This document shows, piece after piece, positions 38,567 to 47,343 of a stretch of 64,000 bases of DNA. This DNA comes from Pseudomonadota bacterium. Its GTDB lineage: Bacteria; Pseudomonadota; Alphaproteobacteria; Puniceispirillales; Puniceispirillaceae. Both the position numbers and the translations under genes were made by a program. The stretch is taken from contig JAQCEA010000008.1 of the NCBI GenBank assembly GCA_027620495.1, positions 12,098 through 76,097 of the forward strand, read 5' to 3'. Numbering within the stretch: the stretch's first letter is position 1; each line of letters begins with the position of its first letter. The notes under the pieces are model-generated. The model did not search any database. It saw only the letters and a list, made by a program, of their open reading frames with translations, and had not been told where the DNA came from.

Positions 38567-39508
38567 ATGAAAAACATTCTCAAATCCATTGGGGTGGGTG
38601 TGTTTGCTGGAATTTGTCTGTCCTCAAGCGTTGTTCAGGCAAATTGTGACAAAATAACATTTTCTGATGTTGGGTGGACAGATATTACCGCAACAACGGC
38701 CGTCAGCACGGTGATTTTGGACGCGCTTGGATATAAGACCGATGTAAAGGTTTTGTCGGTGCCAGTGACCTATGCGTCATTGGCCAAGGGTGATGTTGAT
38801 GTGTTTTTGGGCAACTGGATGCCAACAATGGAGGGGGATATTGCCTCTTACCGCGATGCTGGCAGCGTTGACACCGTGCGTGAAAACCTTGAAGGCGCCA
38901 AATACACATTGGCAACCAATGCAACGGGTGCAAATGCCGGGCTCAAAGATTTTGCCGATATCGCAAAATTTAAAGACCAGCTAGATGGCAAGGTTTATGG
39001 CATCGAGCCCGGTAATGATGGAAACCGTTTGATTCTTGATATGATCAATAAAGACGCGTTTGGCCTGTCTGGATTTGACGTGGTTGAAAGTTCTGAACAG
39101 GGAATGCTGGCGCAAGTGGCGCGCGCCGCAAAACGAAATGAAATGGTTGTTTTCCTTGGATGGGAACCGCATCCAATGAATGCCAATTTTTCACTTACCT
39201 ACTTAACTGGCGGTGATGATTATTTTGGGCCAGATTTGGGCGGGGCTACAGTCTATACAAATACATCGGCTGGCTATGTCGATAAATGCCCAAATGTTGG
39301 ACAATTTCTGAAAAACCTGAAATTTACCCTGCAAATGGAAAATGAGATCATGGGCGATATTTTAAATGAAAATATGGACCCGAATGAAGCCGCGATGAAG
39401 GCGCTAAAAGCCGATTCATCCAGCCTTTCTGATTGGCTTTCAGGTGTAGAAACCATTGATGGCAAAAATGGTCTGGCGGCTGTTCGCGCGGCCTTGGGAC
39501 TGTCGTAA
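38567..39508 (+). CDS. proX: Glycine betaine/proline betaine ABC transporter substrate-binding protein
   Basis: Signal peptide MKNILKSIGVGVFAGICLSSSVVQA, then VGWTDITATTAV, FLGNWMP, GWEPHPMN. Start set at 38567. The track ORF opens at 38489. Confidence 0.85.
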   Translation: MKNILKSIGVGVFAGICLSSSVVQANCDKITFSDVGWTDITATTAVSTVILDALGYKTDVKVLSVPVTYASLAKGDVDVFLGNWMPTMEGDIASYRDAGSVDTVRENLEGAKYTLATNATGANAGLKDFADIAKFKDQLDGKVYGIEPGNDGNRLILDMINKDAFGLSGFDVVESSEQGMLAQVARAAKRNEMVVFLGWEPHPMNANFSLTYLTGGDDYFGPDLGGATVYTNTSAGYVDKCPNVGQFLKNLKFTLQMENEIMGDILNENMDPNEAAMKALKADSSSLSDWLSGVETIDGKNGLAAVRAALGLS

Positions 39509-39604
39509 AAGCCAGTCTTTAAACTGCTTTAATAAAGTGGTGGGGCATGCCGCGCTATTGGTAGGTGGGCGTCTCCATCACTTTATAACTTTAGGGGGTT
39601 TGCC

Positions 39605-40441
39605 ATGTTGCTGGAATTTGTCACAGATGCAAAAATTCCCGTAGGCAAGACGGCTCGTGCTGGTTTTGACTGGTTAGAAGCAAATGCCACCGTCTTTTTT
39701 GATATCCTCTCATCGGGTTTTGAAAGCCTGATCGACGGTATTTTATGGGCGTTACAAATCCCCCATCCATTTTTGGTGATCGCGGGTATTGCAGGCTTTA
39801 GCTTTTGGTTGCGTCGCAAACTAAAAACCGTGATTTTGGTGGTTGTCGGGTTTTTATTCATCCTTAATCAGGGATATTGGGAAGAGACCACTGAAACACT
39901 GGCATTGGTGATGACATCATGCCTGATTTGCATGGGAAGCGGTGTGCCAATTGGCATTTTCGCGGCGCATCGCCCGCGTTTATACAGCCTATTGCGCCCG
40001 GTCCTTGATTTGATGCAAACCTTGCCAACATTTGTTTATCTTATTCCGGCCATTGTATTTTTTGGCATCGGTATGGTGCCGGGGCTGATCGCGACTGTCA
40101 TTTTTGTTCTGCCAGCACCAATCCGCTTGACGCATCTTGGCATTTCAGAAACTCCGCAAGAGATGCTCGAAGCGGCCGATGCGTTTGGCGCGTCCAGATA
40201 TCAAAAGCTATTAACGGTTGAATTACCGTCAGCCCTACCACAAATCATGGTCGGTCTCACGCAGACAATCATGCTGTCATTGTCGATGGTGGTGATTGCG
40301 GCATTGGTTGGTGCAGACGGGCTTGGTGTGCCGGTTGTACGGGCATTGAATCAGGTGAACGCGGCACTTGGTTTTGAAAGTGGTCTTGTCATTGTTGTTT
40401 TGGCTATTTTGCTAGATCGTATTTTTCGTACCGGCAAATAG
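39605..40441 (+). CDS. proW: Glycine betaine/proline ABC transporter permease
   Basis: 278 aa. EAA-loop region EAADAFGASRYQKLLTVELP. ProW-like N-terminus (IPVGKTARAGFDWL). Confidence 0.88.
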   Translation: MLLEFVTDAKIPVGKTARAGFDWLEANATVFFDILSSGFESLIDGILWALQIPHPFLVIAGIAGFSFWLRRKLKTVILVVVGFLFILNQGYWEETTETLALVMTSCLICMGSGVPIGIFAAHRPRLYSLLRPVLDLMQTLPTFVYLIPAIVFFGIGMVPGLIATVIFVLPAPIRLTHLGISETPQEMLEAADAFGASRYQKLLTVELPSALPQIMVGLTQTIMLSLSMVVIAALVGADGLGVPVVRALNQVNAALGFESGLVIVVLAILLDRIFRTGK

Positions 40442-40476
40442 ACGCAAATAGGGTGCAAGCGATAGCGGACATGTGA

Positions 40477-40501
40477 CCGCATGCCGATTGCGGCTTGTTT
40501 T
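40477..40501 (+). terminator. Candidate intrinsic terminator after proW
   Basis: CCGCA-tgccgat-TGCGG followed by CTTGTTTT. The stem is short (5 bp), so this is weak. Confidence 0.3.
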
Positions 40502-40566
40502 CGAACTGTGTTTCATCATACTCTCGGCGCCAGTTTCACGTACCAAATTCATAGCCATACTGTTTC

Positions 40567-41709
40567 ATGTCATTATCGTTTTCAGGGCCATTTGCCGAGG
40601 CTGACGCGGCGTTACAGAGATTTTTGGACAAAGGTGCCGCAAGCTATGAGGCGCGCAGAAATTTTGATTATGGCCCGGCTGAGCGCAGTAATGTGTCAGA
40701 ATTATCAAAATTCATCTCGCACCGGGTGCTGTTTGAATATGATGTGGCACGGCGCGCGCTGGCCCAGCATCGCCCTGAAACTGTTGATAAATTTATCCAA
40801 GAAGTGTTTTGGCGGATCTATTGGAAAGGCTGGCTGGAACATCGACCAGCGGTGTGGAATGATTATGTTGTCTTTGATCATCATACCATCCCCGAACGGC
40901 AGTTTCAGCAGGCGGTGACAGGCAAGACCGGCATTGATTGTTTTGATTATTGGTCGGCTGAATTGCAAAATACAAATTATCTGCACAATCATGCCCGTAT
41001 GTGGTTTGCCAGTATCTGGATTTTTACCCTTGGTTTGCCGTGGCAAGCAGGTGCCAGATTTTTCATGCAGCATTTATTTGATGGGGACGCCGCATCAAAT
41101 ACGCTTGGCTGGCGGTGGGTTGCCGGTATCCAGACGAGTGGAAAGCACTATGTGGCACGTGCCAGCAATATCGAACAATTCACCAATGGTCGGTTTTCAC
41201 CGCATCATTTAAACGAGACACCGCTGCCCGTGGCATCATCAAAAACCTATGACATTATGCCCCTAGATAATCACACACAATATCAGAAAAAATATAATAA
41301 ATTGATTATTTTAGAAAATGATCTTTATATGAAATCTGAGCATGAATATGATGCCTATGATGCGGTTTTTGTGCTGCGGCCCGATGCTGTTGTACGGTCG
41401 GCTGATTTAGCGCGGCCAGTGATAGATTTCAAAATGGGGCTTGTTTCAGCATTTTGTGAAATCCATGCAAATGCGCAAGATATTGATGCGGCTGGTCTTC
41501 GGGCTATGGCCGCCAGCCAACCCGGTTTTGACGTTGTGTATCCAGCGATTGGCGATCATTTAGATGGTCTATACCAACTTCGTGATGAAAGCGGGGTGGC
41601 ACTTCATTTTTTAAAGCGGCCAGAAGATCTTTTTTGCTGGCAATATGCAACAAAGGGATTTTTCAATTTTAAAAAACATATCCCAGATATGATGTCATTT
41701 GCGCAATAG
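40567..41709 (+). CDS. Photolyase/cryptochrome FAD-binding-domain protein lacking the N-terminal alpha/beta domain, with a C-terminal extension of about 165 aa
   Basis: 380 aa. Residues about 8-210 align by eye to the E. coli PhrB FAD domain (LSKFISHRVL, EVFWRIYW, GKTGIDCFD, YLHNHARMWFASI, FMQHLFDGDAASNTLGWRWVAG). Only 125 nt separate it from the proW stop. Confidence 0.75.
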   Translation: MSLSFSGPFAEADAALQRFLDKGAASYEARRNFDYGPAERSNVSELSKFISHRVLFEYDVARRALAQHRPETVDKFIQEVFWRIYWKGWLEHRPAVWNDYVVFDHHTIPERQFQQAVTGKTGIDCFDYWSAELQNTNYLHNHARMWFASIWIFTLGLPWQAGARFFMQHLFDGDAASNTLGWRWVAGIQTSGKHYVARASNIEQFTNGRFSPHHLNETPLPVASSKTYDIMPLDNHTQYQKKYNKLIILENDLYMKSEHEYDAYDAVFVLRPDAVVRSADLARPVIDFKMGLVSAFCEIHANAQDIDAAGLRAMAASQPGFDVVYPAIGDHLDGLYQLRDESGVALHFLKRPEDLFCWQYATKGFFNFKKHIPDMMSFAQ

Positions 41710-41734
41710 CGCCGCACTATGCCGCGCGCCGAAA

Positions 41735-42214
41735 TTATTGAGCGGGGGCGGCTGTATCGCCATCTAAAGACATCTCACCGCGCATAATTTTTTCAAAATT
41801 TTCAAAAAATGTTTTTGATAATTTCCGGGCCGTACTGGTGATCAGGCGACTGCCCAACTGGGCAATTTTACCGCCGGTTTCGGCCTTTGCCGTATAGCGC
41901 AACAAGGTGCTATCACCGTCAGCGATCAGTTCAACATCAGCGCCGCCCTTGGCAAAGCCAGCAATGCCACCATCACCCGCCCCAGCGAGGCTAAACTTAT
42001 CTGGTGCATTTGTTGTGTCTAAAGTCACTTGCCCGGAAAATTTGGCCTTTACCGGCCCGATTTTAAGTACAACAAGGGCTTCAAGTTCTGTATCGCTGTG
42101 TTTTACCAGTTCTTCGCACCCGGGAATACACGCCTTTAAGATCGCGACATCATTCAGACTGTCATAAACTTTTGCCATAGGTGCAGGGATGGTGATTTCT
42201 TCGGATAGTTCCAT
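41735..42214 (-). CDS. coxG: SRPBCC-fold CoxG family protein
   Basis: MELSEEITIPAP..VYDSLNDVAILKACIPGCEEL is a typical CoxG N-terminus. Start set at 42214. Confidence 0.75.
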   Translation of the reverse strand: MELSEEITIPAPMAKVYDSLNDVAILKACIPGCEELVKHSDTELEALVVLKIGPVKAKFSGQVTLDTTNAPDKFSLAGAGDGGIAGFAKGGADVELIADGDSTLLRYTAKAETGGKIAQLGSRLITSTARKLSKTFFENFEKIMRGEMSLDGDTAAPAQ

Positions 42215-42348
42215 GCTAATTTCTCTCTGTCGCAATCTCGCGGTCACATAACCGCCACTAGTTGTCTATCAAAGAAATAGCACCCGTCTGATAGTGGCGT
42301 AAAGATGGTATCAAAGGCTTGTTGCACCAACGGTTTTTTTCAAAAAGG

Positions 42349-43098
42349 TTAATATTGTGTGACCACGCCGCCATTGATTTGCAGCATTTGGCCATTTACA
42401 AACCCACCATTTTTAGAACATAGATAGCAGACCATGGCACCGATATCATCTGAAGTTCCCAGACGGCGCGTTGGATTTTCGTTCAGTAATTTAACAAATT
42501 TTGGGTCTTGTGCGCTGGTTGGGTCATCACCTGGAAAGGTGCCGGGCGAAATGATATTGGCGGTAACACCAACTGGCCCAAATTCGGCGGCCAGAGATTT
42601 TGTCAGGCCCCATACCGCATGTTTTGCCACGGCAACAGATGATGCGCCGGGATAACCGCGCTGGGCGTTCATGCCGGAAAAGCTGATAATACGCCCCCAT
42701 CCATTGCTGACCATCTTTGGCAGCACCTTGCGTGATAGCCAAACAGCGGCATTTAGATCAACATCCATAACCCGTTGCCAGTCAGCGTCATTTATCTCCA
42801 AAAATGGGGCGTGTGGTCTGATCGCTGCATTGTTGACCAATACATCAATCGCGCCAAAATGTTCCAGACCGGCCTTTACCACGCGTTCTGCGGCGGCTTT
42901 ATCGCCAACATCTCCCATCGCCACCAATGCGGCTCCACCCTTGGCGCGCACTTCACTGGCAACCCGTTCAGCTGCCTCTTGGTCAGAACTGCCATTCACA
43001 ATAATATTAAAGCCATCTGCGGCCAGATGGTGGGCAATGCCGCGCCCAATATTTTGACCGGACCCGGTAATAAGGGCGGTTTTTGTTGCACTATTCAT
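42349..43098 (-). CDS. Short-chain dehydrogenase/reductase (SDR) family protein, atypical active-site motif
   Basis: TALITGSGQNIGRGIA cofactor motif, NNAA, ISFSG. Start set at MNSATK (43098, 249 aa). The track ORF extends to 43311. Confidence 0.85.
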   Translation of the reverse strand: MNSATKTALITGSGQNIGRGIAHHLAADGFNIIVNGSSDQEAAERVASEVRAKGGAALVAMGDVGDKAAAERVVKAGLEHFGAIDVLVNNAAIRPHAPFLEINDADWQRVMDVDLNAAVWLSRKVLPKMVSNGWGRIISFSGMNAQRGYPGASSVAVAKHAVWGLTKSLAAEFGPVGVTANIISPGTFPGDDPTSAQDPKFVKLLNENPTRRLGTSDDIGAMVCYLCSKNGGFVNGQMLQINGGVVTQY

Positions 43099-43422
43099 AT
43101 TCGGCTTTTTCCAATGTGTCAGTTTATCAAAGATCTGTGGCGTTTGTGCCGGGTTGGTCATGGGATCACTGGTCCAAACATGGCGTATCATCCGGCGGGG
43201 ATGTGCGAGATCATATCTGTGCTGGCGTGATGCAACAACCAAAACCTTGGAAAAGCTGATAGCTTGGTGCGGCAGCCATTGCGCTAGACAAAGCGTTACC
43301 GCTTTTGGCATGTTTTTGCAAATTGAGACCGGGTGCTATTTTGCTGTAGTGCTGATCGGCTTTGTTTTTTCTTGTTTGGCTTTAATTGTCTTTGCTTGTT
43401 TTTGGTGTAGGGGGACTGTTTC

Positions 43423-43883
43423 GTGACAGAAAATCGTCAGATTGACCAACAAATGGTGCGCGATCATATCGACAATGTTCTGCAAGATTGCGAGAAGGTT
43501 TTTGAAAAATTCTTTTAGGCGAAATTCATCGGATTGCAGTTTAACTATTTGCCAGAAAATGCCCATGACAATGACAAAAAAAATTAAGAATTACATTTAA
43601 TATCAATGAGATGCTGTTGAATCCTCAAGGGTCACTTCATGGCGGCGTTATGGAATCTGTTATGGATATTTCCATGGGACATTTGTTGCACAAAACGGCC
43701 GGCATTGGGGCAATGATTGAGATGAAAATCCAGTATTTGCGGCCATTGCGTCAAGGCATGGTGACATGTGAAGGCCGGTTTATAAAAAAGGGACGCACCT
43801 TGTCTTTTATGGAAAGCCGCCTGTCAGACGATGCCGGCAAACTCGCCGCAATCGCCACAGCGACCTGGAAAATGCCAGACTGA
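43423..43883 (+). pseudogene. PaaI/YigI-type hotdog thioesterase, disrupted (in-frame TAG plus frameshift in an A8 run)
   Basis: Frame 1 from GTG 43423 / ATG 43453 reads ..FEKFF*AKFIGLQFNYLPENAHDNDKKN*. The next frame continues KKLRITFNINEMLLNPQGSLHGG.. (track ORF 43611..43883). The TAG is at 43516-43518. The A8 run is at 43576-43583. Confidence 0.6.
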
Positions 43884-43922
43884 GTTCAGCGACTGTCATT
43901 TAACTTTCTGATGGCTCACACA

Positions 43923-44543
43923 TCAAGATTTTCTTAACACCATAATTTTTGATGTCATGCCCAGCCCGACCATATGCGGCCCATCATCATCTTCCAGAAT
44001 ATCTGCAATACCATGCGTCACCGCGTCATGGCAAGCCTGCATATAGTCAGGATTTTCAAGCGTGTGATTATTTAGAGAAAAAATCAGCAAGCCGCCGGCA
44101 TGAAGTTTGTCAAGCAACTGGCCAATGGTTTGGGGTGGGGCGTGTTTATCGGCGATCACCCCCATAGCGGTAATCACATGATACGCACCGGCAGCAAACG
44201 GAAAGGGGGTATCTAGCGTGACGCATGTAAGGCGGCGATAAACGCCATTTAACTGACGCGCAATTTCAATCATTTGCGGGCTGACATCTGACCCATCAAT
44301 TTGGGTAAAACCAGCCTTGGCCAGTGCCATGCCCGATAACCCAGTGCCGCAACCCACATCAAATATGGCAATCGATTTATCTGTACAATGTCGCAGGAGC
44401 GCTTCAACAATGCGCCGCGGCGATTGATACTCATGATCTTTCATGGTCTGGTCATAAGTGGCGGCCCAATCACCATACATGGACAACGTTTCTTGCCGAT
44501 TTTTCAAGCGATAGGCGCGTTTTAAGAATGGATTATCGGTCAT
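43923..44543 (-). CDS. Class I SAM-dependent methyltransferase
   Basis: Motif I IFDVGCGTGLSG. Start set at MTDNPF (44543). Confidence 0.8.
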   Translation of the reverse strand: MTDNPFLKRAYRLKNRQETLSMYGDWAATYDQTMKDHEYQSPRRIVEALLRHCTDKSIAIFDVGCGTGLSGMALAKAGFTQIDGSDVSPQMIEIARQLNGVYRRLTCVTLDTPFPFAAGAYHVITAMGVIADKHAPPQTIGQLLDKLHAGGLLIFSLNNHTLENPDYMQACHDAVTHGIADILEDDDGPHMVGLGMTSKIMVLRKS

Positions 44544-44682
44544 TTGTCTTCCCCAGCATCCCACCAATGCATGTTTTCAGGCGATGTGTTTGTGCCTGTT
44601 TGGCCATGATTATGCGGCAAATATTTGCATTTGTGACACATAGCAGTATCGTTAACAAAGTTATGACTTCGGATTATGCCAA

Positions 44683-45621
44683 ATGATGACGCCCCGCACA
44701 AATAGACCAAAGCCGCATAGTTTTCTTAATCTGCCTGTTGTCACCGACTGGCAAACTATAGACGCGGACGCTGTTATTTTTGGTGCGCCTTTTGGAAAGC
44801 CCTATGATCCGGCAGATTTTCCAAATGACCAATCTTTGGCACCATCAGCGTTACGTGCTGCGTCAGACCGGATTTTATTACATGGGCAATCTGTAGATAC
44901 TGATTTTCGCCCACCGCGTTGTTTTGGTGATTTACGGATTGTTGATGGCGGCGACATAGCTCTGGTCCATGGCAATGTCACACAGCATTATAACGACATC
45001 GAAGCGGCGGTGCGTTTTGCGGCGATGCACGATATCATTCCGGTCACTATTGGTGGAGATGATGGGGTTACAAACCCGGTCATAAGAGGCACTGATGCGT
45101 TTGGTGATATCATCTTGATCCAGATAGACGCACATTTAGATTGGCGTGACGAGCGATTTGGTGAACCAGATGGTTTTTCCAGCCCCATGCGGCGGGCCTC
45201 TGAACTGCCGCATATAAAGGCGATTCATCAAATCGGCATAAGGTCTGTTGGCAGTGCCGAGCAAGCTGAATGGGCATATGCAGAAAATTGGGGCGCGCAT
45301 ATTCATTTAGCGCGTGATATCCATTTACATGGCATGGCACCGGTCATTGACTCGCTGCCCAAGGGTGGAAAGTTTTTTGTGACGCTTGATGTTGATGGGC
45401 TTGACCCATCTGTGATGCCGGGAACGGTGGCATTGTCACCAGGTGGGTTATCATGGTGGCATGTCGTTACTTTGTTTGAAGGCTTGGTCGAAAAAGGCAC
45501 TATCGCCGGGCTGAATCTAGTTGAACTTTCACCAAAAAATGATGTGAACAAATTGTCGCTGATTGGGGCCGGGCGGCTGATTATGAAATTGCTGATGTTG
45601 CAACTGCAAAGTCCGCGCTAG
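44683..45621 (+). CDS. Ureohydrolase (arginase/agmatinase/guanidino-acid hydrolase) family protein
   Basis: 312 aa. IGGDDGVT (in place of GGDHS), IDAHLDW, LDVDGLDPSVMPG. Confidence 0.85.
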   Translation: MMTPRTNRPKPHSFLNLPVVTDWQTIDADAVIFGAPFGKPYDPADFPNDQSLAPSALRAASDRILLHGQSVDTDFRPPRCFGDLRIVDGGDIALVHGNVTQHYNDIEAAVRFAAMHDIIPVTIGGDDGVTNPVIRGTDAFGDIILIQIDAHLDWRDERFGEPDGFSSPMRRASELPHIKAIHQIGIRSVGSAEQAEWAYAENWGAHIHLARDIHLHGMAPVIDSLPKGGKFFVTLDVDGLDPSVMPGTVALSPGGLSWWHVVTLFEGLVEKGTIAGLNLVELSPKNDVNKLSLIGAGRLIMKLLMLQLQSPR

Positions 45622-45698
45622 TGTTGGCACTGAAATGACAGGGCCGATGTAACAGACGCGATTGGTAACTTATGTCCTTCGAAAACAACGCCGCGATA

Positions 45699-46448
45699 TC
45701 ACAAAATTTGGCTGAGAAAATCCTTGGTGCGTGGGTCTTTGGCTTTGGTGAAAAAAGTTTCAGGCGGGCCGTGTTCAACAATCACGCCGTTATCAGTGAA
45801 ATAGATGTGGTCGGCAATTTCCCGCGCAAACCCCATTTCATGTGTCACAAGAATACATGTCATGCCATCTTGGGCCAGATCCTTAATCGTCACCAACACT
45901 TCTTTAACTGTTTCTGGGTCCAGCGCCGCCGTCACCTCGTCAAACAGCATGATATCTGGACTCATCGCCAGTGACCTAGCGATCGCAACGCGCTGTTGTT
46001 GGCCACCTGAAAGCTCTCCGGGGTAGGCGTTTTCCTTTTCCTCTAACCTGACCTTTTTCATCAAATCACGCGCACGCGCACGTACCTCATTTTCATCTTC
46101 TTTGAGTACCAAAAGCGGCGCCATCATGACATTTTCGATGGCTGTTTTATGCGGAAACAGATTGTATTGCTGGAACACCATGCCGACTTTTTTACGCAAT
46201 TCTAATTTATTTAGATGCGGGTCAGTCAAATCAATACCACGGACGTGAATACTGCCACCCTGAATGTCGTTTAGTGCATTAATGCAACGAATGAGTGTTG
46301 ATTTTCCGGACCCTGATGGCCCGATGATACAGATCACTTCGCCTTTCATCACATCTAGTGAGACGCCTTTTAGCACCTCGAGTGCGCCAAAGGATTTATG
46401 CACATCTTTAATCGATACAATCGGGTCTTTTTCAGTCCATGAAACCAT
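45699..46448 (-). CDS. Polar amino acid ABC transporter ATP-binding protein
   Basis: Walker A GPSGSGKST, signature LSGGQQQRVAIAR, Walker B IMLFDE. Start uncertain (46448 or 46487). Confidence 0.9.
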   Translation of the reverse strand: MVSWTEKDPIVSIKDVHKSFGALEVLKGVSLDVMKGEVICIIGPSGSGKSTLIRCINALNDIQGGSIHVRGIDLTDPHLNKLELRKKVGMVFQQYNLFPHKTAIENVMMAPLLVLKEDENEVRARARDLMKKVRLEEKENAYPGELSGGQQQRVAIARSLAMSPDIMLFDEVTAALDPETVKEVLVTIKDLAQDGMTCILVTHEMGFAREIADHIYFTDNGVIVEHGPPETFFTKAKDPRTKDFLSQIL

Positions 46449-46458
46449 GATTGTCTCC

Positions 46459-47343
46459 CTAGAGTTTGACAGCATATTTCCGCTCAAGCCGAATGGTTAG
46501 ACGGGCGATTGGATAGCAATAGAGGAAAAACATACCAAGTGCGAAGCTGTAAAATGGCACCAATAATTCTGGGTGATTATTTTCAGCTTCCATGGCTTGC
46601 CGCGATAAGGTGATTATTTCTTCAACACCAAGTAACGAACATAATGGGGTTGCCATGGTCAAGATGGCATACCAATTCATCCATGGTGGGATCATCCGCT
46701 TGAAACATTGCGGTAAAATAATCCGCCAGAGTATTTGCTGGCGCGAAAAGGCCAGGCTTTCTGCCGCTTCCCATTGTGCTGTTGGCACAGACAATACCGC
46801 ACCGCGCACAATTTCCGATATATTGGCCATGATTGGCAGTGACAAGCCAAACACCGCTTTCATCCAATCCGGTACGGCAATAATCACGCCAAATATGACA
46901 AATTCAAACGGCAAAGCGAGTAGGACAATAAAGAGAATCACCAACCAAGGAGAATTTCTGAATAATTGTGTTAAAAACCAGCTCGTCCGTCTAACCGGGC
47001 TAATTTTCGATATTTGCCCAAGCCCCAAAACAGCCCCGGCAAGCGTGCCAAACAACATTGAAAACAATGAGATCAATACGTTGAACAAAAAGCCTGATGT
47101 GAATAGAAACGGAATCCAGTTGAATAAGGCTTCAAAGGCATTGAACATGGTAAATTCACCAGCGGCATGGCTGGCAAATGGCCATATGAGCAATGGCAGG
47201 AATAACAAAATGCCCGTATATGGTGGTAAATTGGCAAGCCAATGCGATGCCGATGCATAAGCAGGTGGCGGCACATAAAATGGCTTTAAGACTGGTAAAT
47301 CAGTCTGTATTCTATGGATTGAATGCGCGCGTCTAGAGGCCAT
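46459..47343 (-). CDS. Amino acid ABC transporter permease (His/Glu/Gln/Arg/opine family), long N-terminal extension
   Basis: 294 aa. EAA-like region EAAESLAFSRQQILWRIILPQ. An alternative start at MFNAF (47148) would remove about 65 aa. Confidence 0.82.
   Translation of the reverse strand: MASRRAHSIHRIQTDLPVLKPFYVPPPAYASASHWLANLPPYTGILLFLPLLIWPFASHAAGEFTMFNAFEALFNWIPFLFTSGFLFNVLISLFSMLFGTLAGAVLGLGQISKISPVRRTSWFLTQLFRNSPWLVILFIVLLALPFEFVIFGVIIAVPDWMKAVFGLSLPIMANISEIVRGAVLSVPTAQWEAAESLAFSRQQILWRIILPQCFKRMIPPWMNWYAILTMATPLCSLLGVEEIITLSRQAMEAENNHPELLVPFYSFALGMFFLYCYPIARLTIRLERKYAVKL

Noticed and set aside
43154-43566. Track ORFs 43154..43426 (+, 90 aa) and 43336..43566 (-, 76 aa)
   Set aside because: They lie in the SDR upstream region and across the thioesterase pseudogene N-terminus. 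The T-rich low-complexity DNA (CTTTGTTTT repeats) gives open frames. There are no SDs or motifs.
46592-47260. 222-aa plus-strand ORF
   Set aside because: It is antisense to the ABC permease gene, whose TM/EAA-loop features identify the minus strand as coding.
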